A program made the position numbers and the translations under genes. DNA of 64,000 bases from an uncultured Lachnospiraceae bacterium (GTDB lineage: Bacteria > Bacillota > Clostridia > UBA1381): positions 8,590 through 72,589 of the forward strand of contig CAZWMB010000001.1 in assembly GCA_964634635.1 (NCBI GenBank), given 5' to 3'. This document shows, in pieces, positions 9,433 through 20,100 of this stretch (position 1 is its first letter; each line of letters starts with the position of its first letter). A model generated the notes under the pieces. It saw only the letters and a program-made list of their open reading frames with translations, did not search any database and was not told where the DNA came from.

Positions 9433-10629
9433 ATGATTTGTAAAATATGCGGCGCCCAAATTCCCGACGGCAGTGAAAAGTGTGAATTTTGCGGCGCGGA
9501 CTTTAACAAGGGAAATACAATGAAAATACAAAAACCGATTTCCGGGGAAACGGACAGTGAAATTTTTGATGACAATGAAAAACGCCGCCGGGAGCAAATG
9601 GATAAAATGCTGCGCGACAAACAGCAGCAGTTGTCGGAAATAGAAAAGCGCAGGGCTGAAAAGCGTCAGCGTCAAAGACGAAACCGTATACTGCTTATAG
9701 CTCTTATAAGCGCGCTCGGAGTCGGCGCGGCGGGACTATGCGTGTATTATGTGACACAGAACATAATCGAAACAGGCAACAATCCTTCGCCGACCGCCAC
9801 ACCGTCCGCGTCGGTAAACTCTTTAGCGTCCGTTACTCAGCCGCCGATGCCGTCGCCGTCCGTCACGCCGGAGCTGTCGATTAACGGTACGGATAACTCA
9901 GGCGCCGCCGCAGCCGCAGATTCGGCTCAAGCCTCAGGCGGACAAAGCCGGTCCTCAACCGATAATACCGGTTCGGGCAGTTCCGCAAATAAGACCGGCA
10001 GCTCGTCCGCGTCGGTATCATCGCCGGGCGGAAATACCTCCGTTTCGGGGAATTCTCAGTCCTCATCGGGAATATCATCGTCCGGTCAAGCCTCAACGGT
10101 CACGGTAGTAAACAGCGGTATTTCATCGGATAAAATCACGGCCAAGCTTGGAACCGGCGGAAATGTTATACGCGACGCGGAAACCGGAAAGCTTCTTATG
10201 ACCTTTGTTACCGGCGGCAAACGCTATTACGCAAACGTTTCCGAGGGCAGCGCCACGGAACAGATACAGAATAAAACCTACACGTTCACAGCCGAGCCTA
10301 CCTCGCAGACCTATAACGGCAATACCATATACGAGATAACCGATCTTACAAATTACGACGGCACGGATTATATAATTCCCGATTCCGGAACAAAGCTGCT
10401 TACACAGGATGATATAAATGGTTTATCGAAGTATAATCTCGCTCTCGCTAGAAATGAAATTTACGCGCGTCACGGACGTAAATTCCAGACGGAGGAATAC
10501 AACAAATATTTCAGCCAAAAGTCATGGTATCAAATAAATCCGAATTATAATTACAGCGACGACGACAGTAATCTGAATGAGATTGAAATAAAAAACGTGG
10601 CGTTTATACTCGCCGCGGAAAAAAAATAA
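9433..10629 (+). CDS. Zinc-ribbon / TM / Ser-rich linker / YARHG-domain membrane protein
   Basis: CKICG..CEFCG, basic stretch then TM helix, low-complexity S/G/T linker, ARNEIYARHGRKF. Confidence 0.9.
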   Translation: MICKICGAQIPDGSEKCEFCGADFNKGNTMKIQKPISGETDSEIFDDNEKRRREQMDKMLRDKQQQLSEIEKRRAEKRQRQRRNRILLIALISALGVGAAGLCVYYVTQNIIETGNNPSPTATPSASVNSLASVTQPPMPSPSVTPELSINGTDNSGAAAAADSAQASGGQSRSSTDNTGSGSSANKTGSSSASVSSPGGNTSVSGNSQSSSGISSSGQASTVTVVNSGISSDKITAKLGTGGNVIRDAETGKLLMTFVTGGKRYYANVSEGSATEQIQNKTYTFTAEPTSQTYNGNTIYEITDLTNYDGTDYIIPDSGTKLLTQDDINGLSKYNLALARNEIYARHGRKFQTEEYNKYFSQKSWYQINPNYNYSDDDSNLNEIEIKNVAFILAAEKK

Positions 10630-10640
10630 TAATTATATAC

Positions 10641-10678
10641 AAAAAATCTCTGACCTTTATAGGGGTCAGAGATTTTTT
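10641..10678. terminator. Bidirectional intrinsic terminator between the YARHG gene and galK
   Basis: AAAAAATCTCTGACC-loop-GGTCAGAGATTTTTT. Confidence 0.85.
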
Positions 10679-11967
10679 TACACAAGCTCACAGCCGCCCG
10701 CGGGACGTATTGACAGCACATGGCACATGCCGTCGCCTAATATGTTTTCTATTTTCATTTTAAATTCGTCAAGCATATCAAACGGTACAAAAGCCTGAAC
10801 AGTACCCGCAAATCCGCCGCCATGTACCCTGTACGCGCCTCTGTCGCCGAGAAATTCCTCGCAAAGGGCAAGCGTTAAGGAAACTGCCTGCTGTTTTGGC
10901 ATACTTGCGGCGTACACGTTTTGTAAATACATATATGACGAACGTCCGGACTCCCTTACAAGGTCGCAGAAACGTTCAAAATCATCGTTTTTAAGAGCGC
11001 TGACCTCCTCCCGCGCGCGTCGGTTATCATTGAAAAAGTGTATGGCTCTGAGAACCGCGCGGTCATTTTGGAGCGCCTTGCGTATATTTTTTATTTCCGA
11101 CATGAATTCTTTTTCATCCACCTCGCGCAGGTATTCCTTACCAAAATACGCCGCGACCGATTTCATATCCTCCGGGATTGACGCGTACTCGTTTGTAAGA
11201 TCCGCATGGTCGGCTCCGGAGTCGATTATACAGAGCGCGTGAGAATGCTTATTTAAATCAAGCTCAACCTTATTTACAACAGGCTCCTCCGTACTCGCAA
11301 AATCAATAGCTACCACAGAACCGACGGAGGACGCCATCTGGTCCATAAGTCCGCTCGGCTTGTCATAATAAATATTTTCCGCGAACTGACCGAATTTAGC
11401 TATTTCAACAGCATTTACCTCGTTATTTGCAAAAAGACCGTTTATTATTGTGCAAACAAGCACCTCAAACGCCGCCGACGAGGATAAGCCCGAGCCTTTA
11501 AGCACGTTTGAGATAGTGTAGGCGTCAAAACCCCGTACCCTACAACCAATGTCCGTAAATTTTCTGATTACACCCCGAATAAGCGCAATTGCTTTATCGA
11601 ACTGCTCCTCGTGGATTTCAAGGTCGTCAAGGTCAATCACGTCCATTTTATAGCCGCGCGACTGTATGCGTACCGTATTTGTTCCGTTCGGTCTTGCGGC
11701 GGCGATTATATCAAGATTTACGCTTCCCGCAAGCACGCAGCCATGCTGGTGGTCGGTGTGATTACCTCCTATCTCCGTACGTCCGGGCGCGGAAAACAGC
11801 GCTATATCCTCCGCGTCTCCGAAGGTTTCAACAAAGCTGTCTATAACGTCTATGTATCTGTCGGCATATTTTTTTGTTTTATTCCTTGCGCAGACATATA
11901 AATACATCAGCTTGTCATCATAGTCCCCGTCGGAAAGAGCCTTTTTTGTTTCGTATAGGGAACGCAT
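10678..11967 (-). CDS. galK: Galactokinase
   Basis: PGRTEIGGNHTDH, GSGLSSSAA, GLMDQ and RVHGGGFAG GHMP-kinase motifs. Confidence 0.9.
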   Translation of the reverse strand: MRSLYETKKALSDGDYDDKLMYLYVCARNKTKKYADRYIDVIDSFVETFGDAEDIALFSAPGRTEIGGNHTDHQHGCVLAGSVNLDIIAAARPNGTNTVRIQSRGYKMDVIDLDDLEIHEEQFDKAIALIRGVIRKFTDIGCRVRGFDAYTISNVLKGSGLSSSAAFEVLVCTIINGLFANNEVNAVEIAKFGQFAENIYYDKPSGLMDQMASSVGSVVAIDFASTEEPVVNKVELDLNKHSHALCIIDSGADHADLTNEYASIPEDMKSVAAYFGKEYLREVDEKEFMSEIKNIRKALQNDRAVLRAIHFFNDNRRAREEVSALKNDDFERFCDLVRESGRSSYMYLQNVYAASMPKQQAVSLTLALCEEFLGDRGAYRVHGGGFAGTVQAFVPFDMLDEFKMKIENILGDGMCHVLSIRPAGGCELV

Positions 11968-11999
11968 AATCATCCTCCTCGATATTGCATTTTTATAAC

Positions 12000-12065
12000 A
12001 TTATATCATTTTTGTACTGTTTTATCAATATTTTTATTGATTTTTTTATTTGTTTGTATTATACT
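12000..12065. promoter_or_regulatory. Divergent sigmaA promoters for galK (-) and rqcH (+)
   Basis: Minus strand TTGATA-17-TATAAT (12028-12000); plus strand TTGATT-17-TATACT (12037-12065). Confidence 0.65.
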
Positions 12066-12098
12066 ATTGTTAATATCGGATTTTATAAGGAGGATATC

Positions 12099-13865
12099 AT
12101 GGCGCTTGACGCAGCAGCTGTCCTCTGTCTTACAGAGGAGCTTTACGGTAAACTGATAAACGGCAGGATAGATAAAATACATCAGCCCGAAAAGGACGAG
12201 ATTACTGTCGGCATACGTACGCCGACAGACGCGTACAAGCTTGTAATCTCCGCCAGTCCCTCGCATCCCAGAGCGCATTTTACGTCGGTAAACAAGAAAA
12301 ATCCCATAACAGCTCCTCTTTTTTGTATGCTGCTTAGAAAGCACATAGGCGGCGGAAAAATAACCGGTATTGAGCAAATCGAATTTGAGAGAATTATACG
12401 TATATCAATTGAAAGCTACGACGAGCTTGGCGACCTTACCACAAAGTACCTGATTGCCGAGCTTACCGGCAGACATTCAAATATTATACTGACCTCGCGC
12501 GACATGAAAATAACAGACTGTATCAGGCATATCGATTTTACCATGAGCTCTGTACGTCAGCTTATGCCGGGTCTTACGTACACCTTGCCGCCGGCGCAGA
12601 ACAAAACCAACCTTATCGATATAGAAAAAACGGTTGATATCGACTTCTCATCCCGTTTTCAAACCGCCGACAGGGCTATTATGTCCGCGGTTGCCGGCAT
12701 TGCTCCGCTTACCGCGCGTGAAATAGTATACAACGCCTTCGGAAGAACCGATATTAAATGCTCTGACCTCACCGACAGCGGCAAAAACAAGCTGCTGTAT
12801 GAAACCGTCAGGTTAGCAAAATCCGTAAAAAACAGGAATTTTTCGCCCTGTATGCTCGCAGACTCCTCAAGCGGCAGGCTGATAGATTTTTCGTCGGTAC
12901 CGATACGTCAGTATGGCGATATGGTCAAAATCAGGGATTTTGACAGTATGAGCGCTCTTCTTGACGAATTTTTTACGACGAGCGACATGCACGAGCGTAT
13001 GCGTCAAAAGAGCGCCGAGCTTGTAAAATTTCTCGGCAACGCTATTGAGCGTACGTCAAAAAAGCTCGGAATACTTCAAAAAACGCTTGCCGACTGCAAA
13101 AACAAGGACAAAAACAAAATATACGGCGACCTGCTCACGGCAAATTTGTATAATATAAAAAGCGGACAGGCAAGCGCCGAGGTACGCAACTACTACATGG
13201 ACGGCTCGCCTCTTGTAAACATACCGCTTGACATACAGCTCACGCCGCCGCAGAACGCGCAGAGGTACTACAAAAAATATAACAAGGCTAAAACGGCCGA
13301 AATCGAGGCGGCAAAACAAATAAAAAACGCTGAAATTGATTTGGAATACCTAGAAAGCGCGCTTGCGGAGACGGAAAACGCCGAATCCGAGGAGGATTTG
13401 AACGCTATACGCGCCGAGCTTATCGGCGAAGGCTATCTAAGCCGCCGTAACGACGCCAAACGCCGTAAGCAGACCGTATCAAAACCGATGCGTTTTGTAA
13501 GCTCCGACGGATTTGATATATACGTTGGCAAGAGCAACTCTCAGAACGATTATCTGACGCTGAAATTTGCCAACTCGTCGGATTTGTGGTTCCACACAAA
13601 AAATATACACGGCTCGCATACTATAATCAAGCTCGGTATTGATAAGAATGTTCCGGAGAGTACAATCACAGAGGCGGCGCGCATAGCCGCATATTACTCA
13701 AAGGGACGCGGCTCGTCGCAGGTACCTGTCGATTACACGCGGATTAAAAATGTGAAAAAGCCCGCCGGCGCAAAGCCGGGTATGGTTATTTACGAGCATT
13801 ACAACACGGTCTATGTCACTCCCTCAAAGCCTGAGGATTCGGGGACGCTAAAACGGGGACAGTAA
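12099..13865 (+). CDS. rqcH: Ribosome quality control factor RqcH (NFACT / FbpA / PavA family)
   Basis: MALD start after AAGGAGG; FCMLLRKH, NAQRYYKKYNKAK, GKSNSQND, WFHTKNIHGSH. Confidence 0.93.
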   Translation: MALDAAAVLCLTEELYGKLINGRIDKIHQPEKDEITVGIRTPTDAYKLVISASPSHPRAHFTSVNKKNPITAPLFCMLLRKHIGGGKITGIEQIEFERIIRISIESYDELGDLTTKYLIAELTGRHSNIILTSRDMKITDCIRHIDFTMSSVRQLMPGLTYTLPPAQNKTNLIDIEKTVDIDFSSRFQTADRAIMSAVAGIAPLTAREIVYNAFGRTDIKCSDLTDSGKNKLLYETVRLAKSVKNRNFSPCMLADSSSGRLIDFSSVPIRQYGDMVKIRDFDSMSALLDEFFTTSDMHERMRQKSAELVKFLGNAIERTSKKLGILQKTLADCKNKDKNKIYGDLLTANLYNIKSGQASAEVRNYYMDGSPLVNIPLDIQLTPPQNAQRYYKKYNKAKTAEIEAAKQIKNAEIDLEYLESALAETENAESEEDLNAIRAELIGEGYLSRRNDAKRRKQTVSKPMRFVSSDGFDIYVGKSNSQNDYLTLKFANSSDLWFHTKNIHGSHTIIKLGIDKNVPESTITEAARIAAYYSKGRGSSQVPVDYTRIKNVKKPAGAKPGMVIYEHYNTVYVTPSKPEDSGTLKRGQ

Positions 13866-13885
13866 AATTTTACTGTCCCCGTTTT
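13850..13885. terminator. 36-bp perfect palindrome, bidirectional terminator between rqcH and rluB
   Basis: AAAACGGGGACAGTAAAA|TTTTACTGTCCCCGTTTT between convergent genes. Confidence 0.85.
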
Positions 13886-14613
13886 TATAAATTCATGAGA
13901 TAATTTACCTCATGGCTTGTCAGATAGCGCCACCTGCCCAATGGCAGATTTCCCAGACCCACGCTGCCTATATGCGTCCTTTGCAGCGCCGTCACAGTAT
14001 ATCCAAGGCTGTCAAACATACGCCGTACCTGTCTGTTTTTACCCTCGTGTATTGTAATTTTTATCATTGTATACCCGTTTACCGCGTCAACTATCTCCGC
14101 GTCGGCGGGAGAGGTTTTAAAACCGTCGTTAAGCTGTACGCCTCCTTTAAGTCTATTCATGGCGTCCGCCGTGACTCCTCCCTTTACCGCGGCTACATAT
14201 GTCTTGTCCATATGAAATTTCGGATGCGTTACCTTGTAAGTAAAATCACCGTCATTTGTAAGGAGAAGTAATCCCTTGGTTTCATAATCAAGTCTGCCCA
14301 CAGGGAAAATGCGCGTGTCACCCAGATCTCTTTTTATAATATCCACCACCGTCGGACGGTCAAACTGATCATTAACCGTTGTTATATATCCGGAGGGCTT
14401 GTTGAGCATTATATAATACTTTTTGTCCTTTATTTTAAGCTCGCGTCCGTCAAGCGTCACCTTATCCGCGCCGACTTCCACCTTTACTCCCTGTTCCCTT
14501 ATTTTTTCTCCGTTTACATGCACTCTGCCGTCGCCTATCATAGCCTCCGCGGCCCGCCTTGACGCCGCTCCGCTCATGGCTATATACTTTTGTAATCTTA
14601 CTGTTTCTCCCAT
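13885..14613 (-). CDS. rluB: rRNA pseudouridine synthase (RluB/RsuA family)
   Basis: S4 domain RLQKYIA..SRRAAE, PVGRLD catalytic motif, EGKNRQVRRM. Confidence 0.9.
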   Translation of the reverse strand: MGETVRLQKYIAMSGAASRRAAEAMIGDGRVHVNGEKIREQGVKVEVGADKVTLDGRELKIKDKKYYIMLNKPSGYITTVNDQFDRPTVVDIIKRDLGDTRIFPVGRLDYETKGLLLLTNDGDFTYKVTHPKFHMDKTYVAAVKGGVTADAMNRLKGGVQLNDGFKTSPADAEIVDAVNGYTMIKITIHEGKNRQVRRMFDSLGYTVTALQRTHIGSVGLGNLPLGRWRYLTSHEVNYLMNL

Positions 14614-14624
14614 TGTACGTCTCC

Positions 14625-15743
14625 TTACAGTATTACTTTTATTATATTTATAAAGCTGTTAAAAAAGCTGTTTTTAAACCTTATGTCGCTTACGCCGTAT
14701 ATGTCATCCTCCGATATAATATTTACCTCGCCTATACTTCTGTCGTTGCAGCGCACCTCTATAATTCCCACCTTCTCTCCCGCGTTTATGGGCGACGCAA
14801 GGTTGTCGGCAATATGCGCCACAAGCTCAACCTTAACCTTGTCGTGTTCCTTGAAAGGAATAATAAAGTCTGACTCAGCTACCATAGAATAGCTCTTACC
14901 GTCAATACTCGCCGTTTTGATATTCGTTCCGGCCTTTATCACCTTTTTGGGATAGTGCTCGGAAAATGCGTAATCAAGCATCTGTATATGGTCGTTCCAG
15001 TCGTTCGCATCATTCAGCGTCACCGCGATAAACTCCATATTATCACGCTCCGCTGAGGATACAAGACATCTGCCCGCATCCTTTGTAAAACCGGTTTTAA
15101 CACCGTTCGCGCCCTCATACAGGGACAGCATTTTGTTATGATTGGAAAAATAAAGCGTTTCCTCAGAATTCAACGGATTTAACTGCATTGTGCGGGTTGA
15201 GACTATTTCACGAAACTCGGGAAACAGCATGGCGAACGCGGCTATCTGCGCAAGCTCCCGCGCGGTTGTAAAATGCTCCTCGTCAGGCAGACCGTTCGGC
15301 GTGACAAAATGAGTGTCGCGAAGTCCCATTTCCGCCGCCTTTTCATTCATAAGCTCCACAAACGAGTCCTCGTCGCCGCATATATGCTCCGCTATGGCAA
15401 CAGCCGCGTCATTGCCGGAATTCAGCATGAGTCCGTACAGGACGTCTCTCATATAGAGCTGACTTCCCTCTCTCAGATACGCGGACGAGCCTTCCTGAAG
15501 CGCCGCGTTCCTGCTTACTGTAATTACCTCGTCCATATCGCATAGCTCAATCGCGAGTATGGCGGTCATAATCTTCGTTGTGCTTGCCATCGGCAGTCTT
15601 TCGTTCATATTTTTTGAAAATACCACGTCGCCCGTCAGCGAGTTTATTACACACGCGCTCTTTGCGCTGTCCGCGATTGCGTACGCGTTTATTCCCGGTA
15701 TAAATATGAATACGAACAATAAAAATGCTGTAATTTTTCTCAT
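14625..15743 (-). CDS. dacB: D-alanyl-D-alanine carboxypeptidase (DacB-like, peptidase S11)
   Basis: Signal peptide; ASTTK (SxxK), SGN (SxN) and KTG motifs. Confidence 0.8.
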   Translation of the reverse strand: MRKITAFLLFVFIFIPGINAYAIADSAKSACVINSLTGDVVFSKNMNERLPMASTTKIMTAILAIELCDMDEVITVSRNAALQEGSSAYLREGSQLYMRDVLYGLMLNSGNDAAVAIAEHICGDEDSFVELMNEKAAEMGLRDTHFVTPNGLPDEEHFTTARELAQIAAFAMLFPEFREIVSTRTMQLNPLNSEETLYFSNHNKMLSLYEGANGVKTGFTKDAGRCLVSSAERDNMEFIAVTLNDANDWNDHIQMLDYAFSEHYPKKVIKAGTNIKTASIDGKSYSMVAESDFIIPFKEHDKVKVELVAHIADNLASPINAGEKVGIIEVRCNDRSIGEVNIISEDDIYGVSDIRFKNSFFNSFINIIKVIL

Positions 15744-15789
15744 GCTGACAATCACTCCGATAATTTTATAAAGTAATTTTATTTTTTTG

Positions 15790-15818
15790 TTGACAAACCG
15801 AAATAAAGCTGATATAAT
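15790..15818 (+). promoter_or_regulatory. Consensus sigmaA promoter with extended -10 for the tRNAs
   Basis: TTGACA-17-TATAAT with TG immediately upstream of the -10. Confidence 0.9.
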
Positions 15819-15834
15819 ATATCACGCATGAAAC

Positions 15835-15918
15835 GCGAGGGTGGCGGAATAGGCAGACGCGCACGTTTGAGGGGCGTGTGGTTTAACCGTGCCGGTTCAA
15901 GTCCGGTCCCTCGCACCA
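15835..15918 (+). tRNA. tRNA-Leu(GAG)
   Basis: GCGAGGG/CCCTCGC acceptor stem, anticodon loop TTGAGGG, long variable arm, GGTTCAAGTCC T-arm, encoded CCA. Confidence 0.96.
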
Positions 15919-16044
15919 CTTGCTTTTGTCCTTTACTTATATATATTCTAACATAACGGAGAATATTTATCAATCCTTTTTGAAAATGCTCCGGCATGGT
16001 TTTTTGTTAACGTTATATACTATGGTTAACTAAAACAAATATGA

Positions 16045-16118
16045 TGCGGATTTGTGTAAAGGTAGCACTAACGACTCTGACTCGTTCTGTCCGGGTTCGA
16101 ATCCTGGATCCGCAGCCA
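16045..16118 (+). tRNA. tRNA-Gln(CTG)
   Basis: TGCGGAT/ATCCGCA acceptor stem, AACGA-CTCTGAC-TCGTT anticodon arm, GGTTCGAATCC T-arm, encoded CCA. Confidence 0.95.
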
Positions 16119-16179
16119 AAAGACGGGCTTTATGCCCGTTTTTTATTGCGCCGAAAAATCGCCGCGATTTTTACGGCGA
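16119..16179. terminator. Two hairpins terminating the tRNA and ftsY transcripts
   Basis: GACGGGC-TTTAT-GCCCGTTTTTT followed by CGCCGAAAAATCGC..GCGATTTTTACGGCG. Confidence 0.65.
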
Positions 16180-16189
16180 TTATTGAATT

Positions 16190-17101
16190 TTATTCCTCAA
16201 ATACAGCTCTCGCAAAGTCCTCCGAATTAAATTCCCGCAAATCGTCAATTCCCTCTCCGACGCCGATGAATTTTACGGGGATATTCTGTTCCCCGGCTAT
16301 GGAGATAACTATACCGCCCTTCGCGGTACCGTCAAGCTTGGTAAGCACAATACCGGTTATATCCGCCGCCTCGGAAAACAGCTTTGCCTGACTTACGGCG
16401 TTCTGTCCGGTAGAGGCGTCCAGTACAAGCAGGGTTTCGCGCGCGCTGTCAGGCAGCTCTCGGTCTATGACGCGGTTTATTTTCTCAAGCTCCGCCATAA
16501 GGTTTTTCTTATTGTGCAGTCTGCCCGCGGTATCGCATATAAGAATATCGGTCCCGCGCGCTTTTGCCGCGCTGCACGCGTCAAATACAACCGCCGCGGG
16601 GTCGCTGTTTTCCTGATGCTTTATAATATCGCAGCCGCTCCTGTCAGCCCATATGTCAAGCTGGTCAATCGCGGCGGCTCTGAATGTGTCTGCCGCGGCA
16701 AGCATTACCTTCTTGCCCATGTTCTTATAATGAGCCGCCATTTTGCCTATGCTTGTAGTCTTACCGACGCCGTTTACGCCGATTACCAGCACAACGGACG
16801 GTACGGTTGACAGGTTCATTGCCGTATCGGCCGAGCTTAATATACCGCTTATAATATCCCTCAGCTCCTCCTTGACAAGGTTCGCGTCGGTAATGTGCTT
16901 ATGCTTTACTCTTCCGCGCAGCTCCTTTATTATATACTCCGTAGTTTCCACGCCTATGTCAGCCATAATCAGAGCCTCCTCCAGGCTGTCAAAAAGCTCC
17001 TCGTCCACCTGTACAAAGCCGCTGAATATATTATTTACCTGTCCCGCGAGATTTTCGCGCGTTTTTGTCAGTCCCTCTTTAAGCTTATCAAAAAATCCCA
17101 T
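16190..17101 (-). CDS. ftsY: SRP receptor FtsY
   Basis: GVNGVGKTT, DTFRAAA, DTAGR, TKLDGTAKGG. Confidence 0.98.
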   Translation of the reverse strand: MGFFDKLKEGLTKTRENLAGQVNNIFSGFVQVDEELFDSLEEALIMADIGVETTEYIIKELRGRVKHKHITDANLVKEELRDIISGILSSADTAMNLSTVPSVVLVIGVNGVGKTTSIGKMAAHYKNMGKKVMLAAADTFRAAAIDQLDIWADRSGCDIIKHQENSDPAAVVFDACSAAKARGTDILICDTAGRLHNKKNLMAELEKINRVIDRELPDSARETLLVLDASTGQNAVSQAKLFSEAADITGIVLTKLDGTAKGGIVISIAGEQNIPVKFIGVGEGIDDLREFNSEDFARAVFEE

Positions 17102-17116
17102 ATGTCCGCTCCTTTA

Positions 17117-20100
17117 TTATGATACCATATCCTCGTCCACGTCGTCTATATGCAGCGATAAAAGCTTGGACACACCCTTCTCCTGCATAGTGACGCCGTA
17201 CAATATATTTGCCGCCTCCATTGTGCCGCGTCTGTGAGTGATAACGATAAACTGTGTCTGTTCAATATAATTTTTAAGATATGTCGCAAACCTCGACACA
17301 TTTACATCGTCAAGCGCCGCGTCTATCTCGTCAAGTATACAGAACGGCGCGGGCTTTACCCTCAGTATTGCAAACAGCAGCGCAATGGCGATAAACGATT
17401 TTTCACCGCCGCTGTACAGATTGATATTCTGCCGTCCCTTACCCGGCAATTGCACCTCAATTTCTATGCCGCTTTCAAGCACATCCGAGGGGTCTGAAAG
17501 AATAAGCTCCGCCCTGCCGCCGCCGAACAATTCCTTAAATACTTCGCCGAAGCTCGTATTGATACTTTTGAAGCGCTTTTCAAAATGCTCCTCCATAAGC
17601 TCCTGCATCGAGGTAATAATTCCGCCAAGCTCCGTTCTGGATTTTTCGAGATCCTCTTTTTGTTCGGACAGAAAGCTGAAACGCTCCTCAACACTCTTGT
17701 ATTCCTCAATGGCGTCCATATTTACGCTGCCAATCGACTTAATCTGCGACTTCAGCTCCGCAAGACGCTCAAACGCTGATTTTTCATTGTCAATGCCGGT
17801 TTTTACCTCGCACGCCGAGGAATAAGTAAGCTCATAATCCTCCCACAGACGGTTTGTTATTCTCTCTATCTCCGTATCAAGATTGGAACGCCTGTTTTCA
17901 AGTCTTGAAAGCTCCTGCTGAAGCGCGAGCAATCTGTCGGTTAAATCCTTGTTCGACTGCCGTATTGTCTGCATGGAGTTAAAAATATTGCCCTTTTTTC
18001 TTTCCGTTTCCTTAATATCCTTTTCAATTTCCTCCGCCTGCCGCTGCAAGCTATCGGACGCGGCGCGGCTTTCATTTATCCGAGTATACAAATTATCGTT
18101 TTCACGGAATATATTTTCCCTGTCATTTTCCTTGGACGCGATTTCATACTCAGAGCCGCTTATTTCCTGTTTTGTGTTCGCTATTGTATTCTGTATAATA
18201 TCAATATCCTTTTTCAGAGCGGCAAGCGTCATTGTTTTATCCATGACGTTTTGCGCCTTTTCCTCACTCTCGCGGGTTATATCGTCAAGCTCTGCGGTAA
18301 GCAGTTCCACCCTTTCCCGCGCTGCCGCGGAGGTCTTTTCAAGCGTGCGTAAGCTTTGTAATAGCTCCGCCATCTCCTCGGAAGAATCGGACAGCCGCTT
18401 TTCTATCTGCTCAAGTTCCGACGCGAGCGACTGCTCGGTACCGTTTCCCGACTCGATTAAATGTTCAAGATGCTTTTTGGTATTTGTGAGACGAAGTATC
18501 TCGTCCTCATACTCTCTTACAAGCGGCAGATAAGATGAAAGCTGATTTTCCGTCATACGCATATCTCCGGCTACGCGTTCTTTATCCGCGTTTCTTTCGC
18601 GTATTTCGGAGGACAGCTTGTTTATTTCCGAACCAAGCGTTTTTATTTCCGCGGCGCGCGACAAAAAACCGCTTTGCTTATTTACACTTCCGCCCGACAT
18701 TGAACCGCCGGCGTTTAAAATATCACCCTCTAAGGTAACCACCCTGAACCTGTAACCGAATTTTCTGCTCATGGCAATCGCGTTTTCAATATCGCTTGCA
18801 ACCACGACCCTGCCTAACAGGTTTTTCATAATGCCGTCGTATCTTTTATCATATTTTACAAGCGAGCTTGCAATACCTATAAAGCCGTCAAAAGAACTTA
18901 TCTCTCGTATATTTTCAAGCTCCCGTCCCCTAACGGAGCTTACAGGTAAAAAGGTCGCTCTGCCCGAGTTCGTACGTCTTAAATATTCAATCGCTGTTTT
19001 CGCGTCCTCTTCGTTTTCGACAACTATATTCTGCATAGCGCCGCCCAAAGCCATTTCAATCGCTGTTACATATTGCTTGTCCACATCGATAAGTCCGGAC
19101 ACGGTTCCATATATGGACAGCTTTTTCAGCTCGCCGGCTTTAAGCGCTGTCTTTACGCTTTTTGCGTAACCGGCATAGTCATTTTCCATACCCTCAAGAA
19201 TTTTTTTCTTTGAGGTACGTGAATTAAACTCAACGCTTAAAGCGTTTATCTTATCCGTAAGCGCGTTGTATGAGTCGGTAAGCCGCGACAAATCGGCATT
19301 ATATCTGTCAACCGCGGCTTTTACTTTATTAAGCTTATCTGTCTTTTCGGCAATTTCCCCCTCGCACTTCTCTATATTGTGTCTGGTATCGCTGACATCC
19401 TCGTGAAAGCTGTTCATTTCCGTTTCAATCGCGGAGCGTCGTTCTATAAAGCTGCCGCGCAGCTTCTCCATACCTTCTATACGCGCCTTTCGCGAGGATA
19501 TTTCATTAAGGCCCTTTGCTGCGTTACCTCTAAGCTCCTCTATTTCTCTTTCAAGCACGGCTTTACGCTCGGTTATGACTTCCTTTTCACTGCTCGCCGT
19601 ATCAAATTTCTTTAATATTTCATCGATCGTCTTTTGCTTTTGGGCAATTTCACGCTTATATTTTTCTATATTTTCACCGCGCTCCGTGTTCTTATTTCTT
19701 ATATCCTCTATCTCGGCATCAATCCTGCACAGCATAGCGTTATTATTCTTTATAGTATTCTCATCAATCCGAATACTGTTTTTGTTCTCGACAGCCTTTT
19801 CGTTAGACTCCCTGAGAAGTAAGTTTTTATCGGCAAGCTCCTTGTCCATGGACTCGCTTTGAGCATACAACAAGGAAATCTTACGCTCCGTTTCGGATCC
19901 CGTTTCACGAAGCTCCGACAGCTCGTCCTCCACACCCTTGTACAGCTTATCAGCCTCCGCCTTATTCTTACGTTTTTTATCTATGGTTATAAGACTTAGA
20001 TTTACGTCAAGCTCCTTGTATTCACTGTACAGACCGAGATATTTTCTCGCCTTTTCCGATTGCTTTTTAAGAGGCGCCCGCTGCGCCTCAAGCTCGGAGG

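Noticed and set aside
11985-12098. N-terminal extension of the 626-aa ORF
   Set aside because: This is AT-rich promoter DNA; the real start is the ATG at 12099 after AAGGAGG
15779-16391. ORFs 15779-15997 (-) and 16041-16391 (+)
   Set aside because: They overlap the tRNA genes and ftsY and are shadow frames
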